Of a stretch of 40,297 nucleotides of DNA, positions 1 to 9,716 are shown piece by piece (position 1 is the stretch's first letter; every line of letters begins with the position of its first letter). The notes beneath the pieces are model-generated. The model searched no databases. It was not told where the DNA came from and worked only from the letters and a program-made list of their open reading frames with translations. Both the position numbers and the translations under genes were made by a program. The stretch lies in assembly GCA_002700865.1 (NCBI GenBank), contig PAFB01000141.1, positions 1 to 40,297 on the forward strand, read 5' to 3'. Origin of the DNA: Rhodospirillaceae bacterium. Its GTDB lineage: Bacteria > Pseudomonadota > Alphaproteobacteria > UBA7985.

Positions 1-2
1 AC

Positions 3-581
3 TTGGATGAAGCCCAATTTCAAAAAATATTGTTTAAACAAGTCAAAAAAACCCACCCAGCAAAGGTCGTCGTTGACTCATCTAAATCGTACTCTCATCT
101 GAAAACCTTGTTTGAGAACGGTGTAGTCGCACCCGAAGAGGTAAAGATTATTTTCGTACAAAAAGACATCAGGGCGTGGGCACATTCGTTTCGCAGACAC
201 AGAACATGGCAAACGGGTAAGACCCCCTCTTACTACCTCGCTTTCCTAGGCTGGGTCGTGAAAATACGCTTTTATAAACTTCGTTTGAGGATGCTCAAGC
301 TCGACCACACCGTCATAAAATACGAAGACCTATGTCAAAATACAAAGCCGACTTTAACGGATGTGTGCGGTTTTTTGGGTCTCGATTTTGAGAATGAAAT
401 GCTCTCGCCTCAACGCGCCGGTACGCATTTTGTGACAGGAAATAAGATGCGGACAGCAGATGTAGACCGTATTGAAATCAAGCTCGATACCAAATGGCAG
501 GATGACCCAAATTGGCGCACGCCCTACGCTCTGTACTGCTTTTTTTACCGCCTGTTTAATATCTTCAAGTCTGTACGATAG
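3..581 (+). CDS. Sulfotransferase-family protein, probably 5'-truncated by the window edge
   Basis: VVVDSSK, FVQKDIRAWAHS (3'-PB-like), IKYEDLC..P..TL..VCGFLGL and HFVTGNKMR are typical of Sulfotransfer_3-like proteins. No 5'-PSB loop is visible, so the N-terminus lies outside the window. Confidence 0.7.
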   Translation: MDEAQFQKILFKQVKKTHPAKVVVDSSKSYSHLKTLFENGVVAPEEVKIIFVQKDIRAWAHSFRRHRTWQTGKTPSYYLAFLGWVVKIRFYKLRLRMLKLDHTVIKYEDLCQNTKPTLTDVCGFLGLDFENEMLSPQRAGTHFVTGNKMRTADVDRIEIKLDTKWQDDPNWRTPYALYCFFYRLFNIFKSVR

Positions 582-595
582 CAGCGATGGGGCCG

Positions 596-1582
596 CTATG
601 GGAAATCGAGTGAGATTGATGCGGTATCAGTGAGGCCATTTCCATCAGAAACGGTTATTTCCCAAGTCCAGGTATCAGAAGCAAGAAGACTGCTTGAAAT
701 ACCGTCGTACCAATTTTGAATTTCATCGGACCAAATGAAGTAGGCCGATCCTGCATCGCTCCAGTAAATGTCGAACTCAGCGAGCAACTCAGACGGTGAG
801 TCATAGTCACTGTCATACCCTGTGTAGTCGGTGGAACTGACCCCCGTCAGTGCCCATACCAAAGCGTCACCATCAACATCAGTTGCACGAGCATAAGGCC
901 ACACGGATGGTTCGCTACTCGGCATCACCTGTCCTGCCGCATTTAAGAATGGACCGCTTGTATCAAAATCGGATGACCAAGCATTTCCAAATACATCACG
1001 ACCCATTCTGCCAATCGCATCGGCCTCCAAAATTTCAGGTGCTTGGTTCGACAGGCTTGGTGGGGCGCTTTCCTCAATGCTGCCTTGGTCCTCTCCAAGG
1101 TCATCGCTCCGGGTTAGCTTGCTGAGCAGAACCATCCCCAGTGGTGTTATGGCAACCAACGAGCCAAGGGAAAAATCAGCATTCTCTTCATCAGGTAACT
1201 GCGCAACTTCATGCGTCTGCAACTCAAGCTGCTCAGACAGGCGTGGCGCTTGGCCCTCAGTGATCGACAGGGTCTGGGCCGGTGTGGCTTCAGCAACGGT
1301 GCCATCAATCGTAGTGATCGGGGTCAGGTCGGAAAGCCACTGGGCTCGCACCGATCCCATCAATGGCAGGCTGGAGATCGAGGCCTGGGCCAACTCGTCG
1401 GTAATGAGCAACAGGCCGTTTTCCATCAACGCGTAGTGTTCGGGCAGGAGCGTCATCGGCGAGGCCGTCTCATCGCCGACTGCTTGAGCCAGCTCAGACC
1501 CACCCACAGCACCTGCTGCGAGACCAAAGAAAGAAGCAAACGATCGTATCGACTTGCGTGGTGGCTGTTGCACGATAGGCAT
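596..1582 (-). CDS. Acidic hypothetical surface/secreted protein with one cadherin/Ig-like C-terminal module
   Basis: NQAPEI, ARATDVDGDALVWAL and ITVSDGNGLTDTASISL resemble bacterial cadherin-like Ca-binding motifs. Leader-like N-terminus; D/E/S-rich. Confidence 0.5.
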   Translation of the reverse strand: MPIVQQPPRKSIRSFASFFGLAAGAVGGSELAQAVGDETASPMTLLPEHYALMENGLLLITDELAQASISSLPLMGSVRAQWLSDLTPITTIDGTVAEATPAQTLSITEGQAPRLSEQLELQTHEVAQLPDEENADFSLGSLVAITPLGMVLLSKLTRSDDLGEDQGSIEESAPPSLSNQAPEILEADAIGRMGRDVFGNAWSSDFDTSGPFLNAAGQVMPSSEPSVWPYARATDVDGDALVWALTGVSSTDYTGYDSDYDSPSELLAEFDIYWSDAGSAYFIWSDEIQNWYDGISSSLLASDTWTWEITVSDGNGLTDTASISLDFP

Positions 1583-1888
1583 CCCTGGGGACGGCTCCGG
1601 ACAGAACTCTGCAGGGTGGTTGAAGGTTTAATTTGCCAGCCACAGGCACGCAAACCGGATGGGTTTCTGTGAGGTAAGAATCTCGGTTTGGTCACGGCAT
1701 CTATCTGAAAAGAAAAACCATTCTTGGTGTTTTCTCTCTTTGGTTGATATCGTTACGATTATGCGAACTCGTTTGCGGTAAAGACAACCGTACTGTGCTG
1801 GGTTTCCTCACCCAATCAAACATGACTCAAACATGAACCACTGTTTCAACGATGGTCCAGACCCGGACAATCAAGAGCCGAAAGTGCT

Positions 1889-2515
1889 CTATTCCTCGGA
1901 GATCGTCCCCCGCATGAAGTCGGCCAGGGCCTTGGTATCGAGACCAGTGGGTGAGTTTTCAACCGCGGCCGCAGCGTTAAGCCGGGACTCTGGCGGCTGG
2001 GTTTGATCAAGTTTCCACGTTCCTTCGACCGCTTCGATCTGGAAGCGGTAGGGAACAATTTGGGCCATCAGGCCGTCCATGGGCTTATCTTTGATATCTT
2101 CACTGCGCCATGGGGATTTGCCGTTCACTCTCATCTCAAATTCTGTCGTGAGTTCACTCACGATCCTGCGTAATTCTTGACGGTCTTGCAGGACCACAGT
2201 CCCCTTGATGTGGACAGCCACATAGTTCCACGTCGGACCCTGATGGGGCGCTTGATACCAATCGGGTGAGACATAGCCGTGGGGCCCCTGAATCACGAGG
2301 GTCGCTGTCGTCTTCACGAGGCCGGTGGAAACAATCGCGTTGTTCTGCGCGAGGTGCAGGTCGAACTCGTCGCTTTCGGGATTGAGATGGAAAGGCAGAT
2401 GGCTCACCAGCGTTTCACCTTCAAACGGAACGCACAGCATGCCAAAGCCTGTCTGAGCGGCAAAACGCAGATTTGTATCCCTCGTTGCCTGACGAAATGC
2501 AGGATGCGGGTGCAT
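1889..2515 (-). CDS. PaiB-family FMN-binding split-barrel protein (negative transcriptional regulator family)
   Basis: SHLPF, HLAQNN, GPHGYVSPDWY, PTWNYVAVH and WKLDQ motifs. Start moved to ATG 2515 (MHPHPAF), which has GAAGGA upstream. Confidence 0.85.
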   Translation of the reverse strand: MHPHPAFRQATRDTNLRFAAQTGFGMLCVPFEGETLVSHLPFHLNPESDEFDLHLAQNNAIVSTGLVKTTATLVIQGPHGYVSPDWYQAPHQGPTWNYVAVHIKGTVVLQDRQELRRIVSELTTEFEMRVNGKSPWRSEDIKDKPMDGLMAQIVPYRFQIEAVEGTWKLDQTQPPESRLNAAAAVENSPTGLDTKALADFMRGTISEE

Positions 2516-2714
2516 GGCAATTGATCCTTCCAGAACCGCAAAAACCAACTTTGACTGATGGTTTTGCCGTTGTTGGGTCGATGAGGATTTCTTCAATCTT
2601 TAGGGCCGAACCAGGGGGGAAGTATGCCCTGACAAAATCCTCGGCATCAAGCCACACGGTCTTTGTTGCCAGCACCCGGGAGGTCGCGGTTCAATCCTGA
2701 CCGCGCGTCAGATT

Positions 2715-2732
2715 TATATGATTGAACATATA
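2715..2732. promoter_or_regulatory. Palindromic operator TATATG-N6-CATATA, probable MarR site
   Basis: TATATGattgaaCATATA lies 50 nt upstream of the marR start. Identical arms and spacing recur at 8019-8036. Confidence 0.7.
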
Positions 2733-2781
2733 TGTGAAATCATGTTACCCCGACACGCATTCCGCGGAGCGTCGCAAACCC

Positions 2782-3261
2782 ATGAAATTCCACAACATCG
2801 ACAGCGAAACTTTACCGCAAAGCGCCAGCTTTCTGGTCAAGATCATCCATCGAATGAGCACGCTTTTGACGCGCGCTACGACGGCCGAATTTGCGTCTGT
2901 GACCATGTTCAATATCGTTGAATGGCGCGTGGTTTCGCTGCTCTATGCCTTCGGAAACTCCCGGCAGAAGGATTTGGTCGACTTCAGCTTAGCGGATCAG
3001 GCACAGACCAGCCGTGGCCTCGCTGATCTTGAACGCAGCGGGATGGTGCGATCCCTGCCCAGCGGCGACGACCGCCGGGTTAAGAACTTCGAGCTGACTG
3101 AAGAGGGTCGACACGAGGTTGAAGCCGCGCTGCCTGCCATCGTTTCCTACTTCAGCCAGATAGACCAGTCGTTAACCGAGGCGGAAAAAGCAACGCTGAT
3201 TGCCCTGCTCGACCGCATTCTCGATTCCGCAACAAGCAATCGCCAGCCGCCAGAGGGCTAA
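2782..3261 (+). CDS. MarR-family transcriptional regulator
   Basis: EWRVVSLL, QKDL..DQAQTSRGLADLERSGMV and DDRRVKNFELTEEG form a winged HTH. ATG 2782 preferred (GGAG upstream). Confidence 0.9.
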   Translation: MKFHNIDSETLPQSASFLVKIIHRMSTLLTRATTAEFASVTMFNIVEWRVVSLLYAFGNSRQKDLVDFSLADQAQTSRGLADLERSGMVRSLPSGDDRRVKNFELTEEGRHEVEAALPAIVSYFSQIDQSLTEAEKATLIALLDRILDSATSNRQPPEG

Positions 3262-3284
3262 GGCATTTTCAAAAGGAGGGACGC

Positions 3285-4460
3285 ATGCTGCTTACCGTTT
3301 ATTTTATTGTTCTCATCGGACTTGTTTTGGCGGAGTTGACCAAGGGCCTGAGCGCAAACGGCACCCCTCCCATCCTGCAGAAACTGCCCGGCCAGATGCA
3401 CCTTGCCCGCTTCATGTGGTCAAACATCATGCTGATCCGGGTGGTGCTGATCATTGCACTGGTTGCGATGGTGGTTCTGGCCTCAGGCAACGCACGGTGG
3501 GTCATGATCGGCGGCGCTGTGCCCCTTGGCCTGGCTTGGTTCGGTGTCTTCTGGATCTTTGAGAAACTCTGGAACGGGCGGGTCAAATTCCCCGCAATCA
3601 CCCAAAAGGTGTTTGCCACAGCCACGGAAAACGAGCTTGATCTCGATCTGCAGGTGATCGGTGTGGACCACGGCGGCGAGCAAAAGGCTTTTCCCGTCAA
3701 CATGATCACATTCCACCACCAAATCGTCGATCAGGTTGCCGACTTGCCGGTCTGGGTGACGTACTGTGGTCTGTGCCGCAGTGGCCGGGTCTACGACAGC
3801 ACCGTCGATGGTCAGGCACTCGACTTCAAGCTGATCGGTGCGATTTCTTTCAACGCCACCTTTAAGGACAACCAGACCGGTACATGGTGGCGGCAGGAAA
3901 CCGGCGAGGCCGCGAAGGGCAAGCTGGCGGGCCGGGTTCTGGAAGACGTGGCATCCGAGCAGATGACGCTGGGCAACTGGCTCGAGAAGTACCCTTCGAG
4001 CCTGGTTCTGCAGTACGACCCCGCGTTCACCCGGCGCTACAACTTCATCAACAAACTGCACCGGTTTGAAGCGACCAAGCCAGCCTGGCACATGCAGGAA
4101 ACACCGGCGCTGGTCATCGGTGTTGAGAGCAAAGGCACCGCTCGCGGCTACGACTGGGAGCAGCTCAAGTCGCGCGGGATGGTCAATGATGACCTCGGCG
4201 GTGCAAAAATCGTTGTGACCACTGACCCGGAACGGACATCGGCGGCGGCCTATTTGCGAGATGTTGACGGCGAGGCTCTGGACTTCAAGCCCAGCGAAGA
4301 CGGCATGATCGACGAACAGACCGGCTCGACTTGGAACTGGTTCGGCACGTGCCTCGCGGGCAAGATGAAGGGTAAACAGCTCACCCAGTTGCAGAGCTAC
4401 CAGCAATACATTCGCTCGTGGATCACCTTCCACCCTGAAACCAGCTTCTACGACTTCTAA
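3285..4460 (+). CDS. DUF3179-family membrane-anchored protein, copy 1 (CxxC)
   Basis: Three N-terminal hydrophobic segments, KAFP..HHQIV..TYCGLCRSG, two D..TG.W repeats and a C-terminal W..FHPET. Strong RBS AGGAGG. Confidence 0.8.
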   Translation: MLLTVYFIVLIGLVLAELTKGLSANGTPPILQKLPGQMHLARFMWSNIMLIRVVLIIALVAMVVLASGNARWVMIGGAVPLGLAWFGVFWIFEKLWNGRVKFPAITQKVFATATENELDLDLQVIGVDHGGEQKAFPVNMITFHHQIVDQVADLPVWVTYCGLCRSGRVYDSTVDGQALDFKLIGAISFNATFKDNQTGTWWRQETGEAAKGKLAGRVLEDVASEQMTLGNWLEKYPSSLVLQYDPAFTRRYNFINKLHRFEATKPAWHMQETPALVIGVESKGTARGYDWEQLKSRGMVNDDLGGAKIVVTTDPERTSAAAYLRDVDGEALDFKPSEDGMIDEQTGSTWNWFGTCLAGKMKGKQLTQLQSYQQYIRSWITFHPETSFYDF

Positions 4461-4501
4461 GCCGCTATCCTGACCGCGCTGACCGCCCACACCTTCCGCG
4501 G

Positions 4502-6118
4502 TCAGCGCGCACCGGCGTCTGCGAGGATAAGGTCAGCGCACTGGTCGGCGATCATCATGGTTGGAGCGCCGGTGTTGCCCGACACCAGCGCCGGCATGAC
4601 CGAGCAATCGGCAACTCGGAGCCCGTCGATGCCACGGACCCGCAACTGCGGATCAAGCACAGCCTTGCTGTCTCCCCCCATGCGGCACGTCCCCGAGGGG
4701 TGGTAGATCGTCCGCGCCTGTTCCCGGATTGCGTCGTCAAGGTTGTTAGAACCCTGCGCCACGCTGATCCCTGGGCCGGGCCATACCTCCTCTGCCACCA
4801 ACTCACGCATTTCAGCCTGATTAAGGATATCACGCGCCAGCCGCACACCGCGGCGCAAGACCTCAAGGTCTTCCGCGTGCCCCAGCGCCTCTGCTTGAAA
4901 CCGCAGGGAGTCACGGGGGTTGGATGATCTCAGCCCCAGCCGCCCCCGGCTCTTGGGTCGCATAGTCATAGGGTGAATTTGCAGCGCGTGAAAGTCCAGC
5001 GGCGGCATGCCCGGCCGACCCGGCGCAAACGGGGCAATATTGTACTGCACATCCGGACGGCCGCTGCCGCCAGTATCGACACAAGCCCCGCCCTGCAGCA
5101 GGTTGGTCGTCAGCAGGCCACGCCGCCGCAGGACATAGTTCAGGCCATGGCCCAAGGCCTTCAATCCTTTATCAGCGCCGTGCAGGCCGACGCTGTCTTT
5201 CATGCGCGCGGTCAGCGGTGCGCCAACGTGGTCCTGATAGTTGTCGCCGACCGCGGGCGCGTCTTCGATAACGTCGATGCCGTGGCGGTCCAGATGCTGC
5301 TTGGGCCCGATGCCGGAGAGCAGCAGCAGCTTGGGAGACTGAAAGCTCCCTGCGGTCAGCACGATTTCGCGCCGCGCCTTGATGAGCACCGGCGCTCCAT
5401 CGCCGTCAAAAGCCTCAACGGCACAGGCCCGCCGGCCCTCGATCCGCAGTCTTGAAACATCCATCCCGGTTAACAGCGACAGATTTTCCCGACCCAGCGC
5501 AGGCCTAAGAAAACAAGTGGCTGCCGACTGGCGTCGCCCTTTGTGGGCTGTAACCTGATACCACCCGACCCCGTCCTGCCGAGCGCCGTTGAAATCTGTA
5601 TTGAGCGGCAAACCGCAGGCGACAGCTGCGTCAATGATCTGCTGAGTTACCGGATGCTTTGTGCTGGGATCATCAACGATGAGCGGGCCGTTCGCGCCAT
5701 GGAACGGGTCATCGCCGAGGCGGGAATTCCGCTCCTGACGTTTGAACACCGGCAAAACATCGGCGTACCCCCATCCTTGGCAACCAAAGTCGCTCACCCA
5801 GTCGTCGTAGTCGCGGGCCTGACCGCGCATATAGATCATGCCATTGACGGACGTTCCCCCGCCAAGCACTCGGCCTTGCGGCACGACAAAAGCGCGGTTT
5901 TCGAGGGTCAGGTCAGGCTCGGAGGTCTGGGCTTCAACATCCTGGCTCTGGATCGCCTTGAAGAAGGTCGCTGGGATGTGAATCCACGGATTACTGTCCT
6001 TCCGCCCACGCTCGACCAGAGCGACGGAGGCCTCGGTATCCTGCGCGAGCCGGGCCGCCAGAACACAGCCCGCAGCACCGCCGCCAACGATGACAAAATC
6101 GAAGTCGAGGGTCTTCAC
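4502..6118 (-). CDS. GMC-family FAD oxidoreductase (choline/alcohol dehydrogenase-like)
   Basis: GGGAAG FAD loop, GRVLGGGTSVNGMIYMRG, YHPSGTC, GLRVADCSVMP and SGNT. Overlaps the sulfatase stop by 4 nt. Confidence 0.92.
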   Translation of the reverse strand: MKTLDFDFVIVGGGAAGCVLAARLAQDTEASVALVERGRKDSNPWIHIPATFFKAIQSQDVEAQTSEPDLTLENRAFVVPQGRVLGGGTSVNGMIYMRGQARDYDDWVSDFGCQGWGYADVLPVFKRQERNSRLGDDPFHGANGPLIVDDPSTKHPVTQQIIDAAVACGLPLNTDFNGARQDGVGWYQVTAHKGRRQSAATCFLRPALGRENLSLLTGMDVSRLRIEGRRACAVEAFDGDGAPVLIKARREIVLTAGSFQSPKLLLLSGIGPKQHLDRHGIDVIEDAPAVGDNYQDHVGAPLTARMKDSVGLHGADKGLKALGHGLNYVLRRRGLLTTNLLQGGACVDTGGSGRPDVQYNIAPFAPGRPGMPPLDFHALQIHPMTMRPKSRGRLGLRSSNPRDSLRFQAEALGHAEDLEVLRRGVRLARDILNQAEMRELVAEEVWPGPGISVAQGSNNLDDAIREQARTIYHPSGTCRMGGDSKAVLDPQLRVRGIDGLRVADCSVMPALVSGNTGAPTMMIADQCADLILADAGAR

Positions 6119-7983
6119 GGCGTTGCAATCTCAAACCAAAGGTCAAAGCTGTCGTGCAGCGCTAACCAGCGGTCGAACAGCGCCTCGTCGCCGTCAATAT
6201 GGATCTCGCCGGGCTGACCATTCATGCGCGCCTCCAGCGCTTGCCGGGTTGCCGTGACCGTGACGCCCGGCGGGTCTGCCGGGGTGGCGCCGATGCGCGC
6301 GAACTCGGTCTGCCGTGCCACCGTCACAAGGGCATGGCCCTCCGGCAGTTGGAGCAGCAGGCTGAAGGCCTCACCCCGTGCGCGGTCGGGATTGAGGCGA
6401 ATGGCGTAGGCGTCCAGCCAGTCCTTGAGTGAAAGGGTGGCGGCCAGCTCTGCATTCCGGCCACCGGCAGCAGGCAGCGCCCTGACACCCTGCTCTAGTT
6501 CTTGAGCGCCAGCGAGGCAGATATTGCGCTCGATCCCGCTTTCCGCGCGGTAAGCCATGTTGCGGTAAATTTCACTCAGCAGCGACTTGGCTTCCTGGCT
6601 GGGGTCTCCGGCAAAGACCACATGATTGACCAGCGTTGCCGCCCACTGCAGGTCGTCCTGCTCCACCGCTTCCCGAGCCAGTTCAAGCACCCTTTGCTCG
6701 CCACCCAGCGCCTTAAGATAGCGCTCACCTTCCGCTGCAGGCGACAGCGGATTGAGGTCAACCGGACGGCCATCGAAGGCGCCGTAATACTTCTGATAGA
6801 CCGCGCGGGCGTTGAAAGGGAGCATCCCATAGTAGCCCCGAACATGCAGCGCCTCACAGGCGAAATCCGGTTCCTGCAGGGCTTGTCCAACCTCCTTGAT
6901 GGTCATGCCATGGTTGGCCAAACGCAGGGTTTGGTCATGGATATATTTGTAGATATCCCGCTGTTCCAACATGAATTCTTGCACCAACTCCCGTCCCCAG
7001 ACCGGCCAGTTGTGTGAATTGATCAGGACCTGTGTGCGGTCTCCGAACCGGACGAGCGCTTCGTCGATTACCCGCGCCCACAGCCGAGCATCGCGTACTT
7101 CCGCACCCCTTGGGGTCAGCAGGTTGTGCTGGGTCTGCGTGCAAACCTCGGCCATGCACAGCACGCCTTGCTCGGGCAGGAAAAAGGTAAACTCTGCAGG
7201 GGCCTCTGTGCCGGAGCCCATCAGGAACTCGAAGGCGACACCATCGATATGGACCGAAGGCTCGTTCTCACCGATTTCCCGCGTCGGCTCACGGAAACCG
7301 CGATAGCCGCGCGCCACCGTTTTACCAATGCCACCGTCGACCAGCCCCTCGGGTCCAAATGGCAGGGCAAGGCCAAACTGGTCGATGGCTCGCCGCGAGG
7401 TGTGATTGCCGCCAAGCACACCTTCAGCCGCGGCGTAGTTCATGAATTCCTCGGGCACGTAAATCGGAATGTCGTCCCCCTCGCCCACAACGCCGCCCAA
7501 ACCACCGAAATGATCCGCGTGCGTGTGCGTCACCAGAACCGCGCTCACCGGCCTGTGGCCCAAGGTGTCGTTGACCAGCTTGAGCGAGGCTTGAGCGGTT
7601 TCCCGAGTCAGTAGCGGATCAACGATGATCCAACCGCTGGCACCCGCAATGATGCTCATATTGGCATAGTCGGCAGCCCGCACCTGCCAAACACCGTCCG
7701 TGACTTCGAACAACCCACTGATCGCATTCAACTGCGCGTGGCGCCAAAGCGAGGGGTTTACGGTCTCGGGGCAGTCTTCCTGCAAGAACGAAAACCAGGC
7801 CGGGTCCCACGCCTTGCCACCATCTGCGCGACCGATCCCACCTGCGGGTAAATCCGCGATCTTGCCCCGCTCTGCAGCCTCAGAAATGGTCGGATTATCG
7901 AGGTTCAAACGCTTTCGAACCCGAGCGTTGAACTGCCGGGTCGAACTGTACACGCGTGTCGTCAATTGCTTTACTTTCCCCAC
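6115..7983 (-). CDS. Alkyl/aryl sulfatase, SdsA1/BDS1 metallo-beta-lactamase type, no signal peptide
   Basis: TVNPSLWRHAQLN, THTHADHFGG, GTEAPAE, HNLLTPRGAEVRD, SHNWP, YKYIHDQTLRLANHG and RGYYG. GTG start. Confidence 0.9.
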   Translation of the reverse strand: MGKVKQLTTRVYSSTRQFNARVRKRLNLDNPTISEAAERGKIADLPAGGIGRADGGKAWDPAWFSFLQEDCPETVNPSLWRHAQLNAISGLFEVTDGVWQVRAADYANMSIIAGASGWIIVDPLLTRETAQASLKLVNDTLGHRPVSAVLVTHTHADHFGGLGGVVGEGDDIPIYVPEEFMNYAAAEGVLGGNHTSRRAIDQFGLALPFGPEGLVDGGIGKTVARGYRGFREPTREIGENEPSVHIDGVAFEFLMGSGTEAPAEFTFFLPEQGVLCMAEVCTQTQHNLLTPRGAEVRDARLWARVIDEALVRFGDRTQVLINSHNWPVWGRELVQEFMLEQRDIYKYIHDQTLRLANHGMTIKEVGQALQEPDFACEALHVRGYYGMLPFNARAVYQKYYGAFDGRPVDLNPLSPAAEGERYLKALGGEQRVLELAREAVEQDDLQWAATLVNHVVFAGDPSQEAKSLLSEIYRNMAYRAESGIERNICLAGAQELEQGVRALPAAGGRNAELAATLSLKDWLDAYAIRLNPDRARGEAFSLLLQLPEGHALVTVARQTEFARIGATPADPPGVTVTATRQALEARMNGQPGEIHIDGDEALFDRWLALHDSFDLWFEIATP

Positions 7984-8017
7984 CAGAACTTATTGCCAAA
8001 AATTACCATGACGGGAC

Positions 8018-8037
8018 ATATATGCCTATTCATATAT
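8018..8037. promoter_or_regulatory. Palindromic operator ATATATG-N6-CATATAT, second probable MarR site
   Basis: ATATATGcctattCATATAT lies 35 nt upstream of the sulfatase start and matches the site at 2715-2732. Confidence 0.7.
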
Positions 8038-8177
8038 CCCGGAACGGTGACGGCTTCAGGTCGGTTTAACCCGGCTGGCCCCTCGGTCTGACCGGCGCAT
8101 GGGCCTTTAGCCCTTGGTCTGGGCACGAACCTGAGTCACTGTGGAGCTCACTGTTTTTCAAGGAGAGGAATGCCGCA

Positions 8178-8567
8178 ATGATTGGTTATCTTATGGTCGG
8201 TACAAACGACTTGGCTCGGTCCTTAAGCTTTTACGATGCTGTATTCGCGCCGCTTGGTTATCAGAAAGTCAAAACCAAGGAGCGTTACGTGGCCTATGGC
8301 AACCCTGAAACCGGCGGTCGTTCTGAGTTCTATGTCACCGGTCCCTTTGACAAAAAACCCGCAACGGCTGGAAACGGCACGATGGTCGCGCTGCCAGTGC
8401 CAACGCTTCAGATACTGCACGATATCTACGAGATCGCAGGAAACAGTGGTGGCCTTCAGGATGGCGCTCCCGGCCCCCGAGTGGCAAACAGCCCCACGCA
8501 CTACGCCTATGTCAGAGACCCGGAAGGTAACAAGCTGGCTTTCTACTGTGACGATCCAACGGCCTGA
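8178..8567 (+). CDS. VOC (glyoxalase/bleomycin-resistance) family protein
   Basis: MIGYLMVGTNDLARSLSFYDAVF, PATAGNGTMVAL and YAYVRDPEGNKL. RBS GGAG/AGGA. Confidence 0.9.
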   Translation: MIGYLMVGTNDLARSLSFYDAVFAPLGYQKVKTKERYVAYGNPETGGRSEFYVTGPFDKKPATAGNGTMVALPVPTLQILHDIYEIAGNSGGLQDGAPGPRVANSPTHYAYVRDPEGNKLAFYCDDPTA

Positions 8568-8671
8568 TCACTACCGCCGAACAAACAGGGCGGCACGAAG
8601 AAAAGCCGGGGGCGCGGTCTGAGTTGATCGCGTCCTGATAGGTCCCAAGGCGTCGCGACGGTGTTTCAGAG

Positions 8672-9589
8672 CTATCCTGCCTCATCCCCTTCCGTCAGCT
8701 CCTGCACCAAGAAATCAACCGCGACTTTGGTTTTCATCAGTCGGTATTTTGGCTGAAGGTAGAGGAGATAGGTGCCGGTTTCTTCGTTGCGGGACAAAGC
8801 CAATTTACTGTCTTCGAGGATGAGTATTTGCAGAAGTCCGCTGGCGACCTGCTCTTTGATCGCCCAGCCGGGAACGACCGCCAGCCCATTCCCAGCCTCC
8901 GCCTCGGCAACCAGCTCCTTACCGATGTTGCAGATGAACGTGGGATTGGTCTTGATTTCTGCCCATCCGCCGGCGGTCTTGGCTTGCCAGTAAACGATGC
9001 GGTCAGGGCCGCGGTAAAGGAGTGTTCGGTGGTTCTGGAGGTCGTCGAGACAGCGGGGATATCCATGCTTTGACAGATAAGCCGGAGCCGCGACCAGTAC
9101 GTATTGATTGCTGTTCAGCCGCCGCGCAATTGCCCGCTGCGGCGGACTTGCTGTGGCTCGAATGGCAATATCGATTTCATCACTGGTCAAATCCGTCACC
9201 TGATCGGTCAAATCCAGATCAACGACAAGCCCCGGGTAACGCTGCCGCATGCGACGCAGCGCCGGGACAAGCCGGTATTCGCCATACCCGGCAAGCGCTG
9301 AAATCCGAAGCGTCCCTGTTGGGGAATCCAGGTGATGTTTCACCAGTTCATTCGCATAGCGCAGATCATCGAGGGTCGGTCGAACCCGATCGAGGTAGAG
9401 TTGGCCTAGTTCAGTCAGGCGTACCACGCGGGTCGTTCGGCTGAGTAGAATCACGCCCAACTCCTCCTCCAAATCTTGCAGGCGGCGAGATACCGACGAA
9501 GCGGGTACACCCAGAGCCCGCGCAGCTTCGGCAAAGCTTCTCAGTTCGGCTACTTTGATGAAACAACTGATAGCGCGTAGCTGGTCCAT
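8672..9589 (-). CDS. LysR-family transcriptional regulator (CrgA-like)
   Basis: SFAEAARALG..SSVSRRLQDLEEELG..LLSRTTR.V.LTE.G HTH plus substrate-binding domain. Start set at MDQL. Divergent from the pseudogene. Confidence 0.92.
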   Translation of the reverse strand: MDQLRAISCFIKVAELRSFAEAARALGVPASSVSRRLQDLEEELGVILLSRTTRVVRLTELGQLYLDRVRPTLDDLRYANELVKHHLDSPTGTLRISALAGYGEYRLVPALRRMRQRYPGLVVDLDLTDQVTDLTSDEIDIAIRATASPPQRAIARRLNSNQYVLVAAPAYLSKHGYPRCLDDLQNHRTLLYRGPDRIVYWQAKTAGGWAEIKTNPTFICNIGKELVAEAEAGNGLAVVPGWAIKEQVASGLLQILILEDSKLALSRNEETGTYLLYLQPKYRLMKTKVAVDFLVQELTEGDEAG

Positions 9590-9716
9590 TGATCCTAATC
9601 TCCAAGGGATGATTATTGCTGTTTTAGCAATTAACTTCACAAGAAACCGCTATGTTATCGCTCTTTTGCGCTCTTATATACAGAATATGCTAACAATTGA
9701 GACACTGGAAGACCTT

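Noticed and set aside
2421-2675. 84-aa ORF overlapping the PaiB-like start
   Set aside because: No recognisable motif or RBS; a possible remnant but unsupported.
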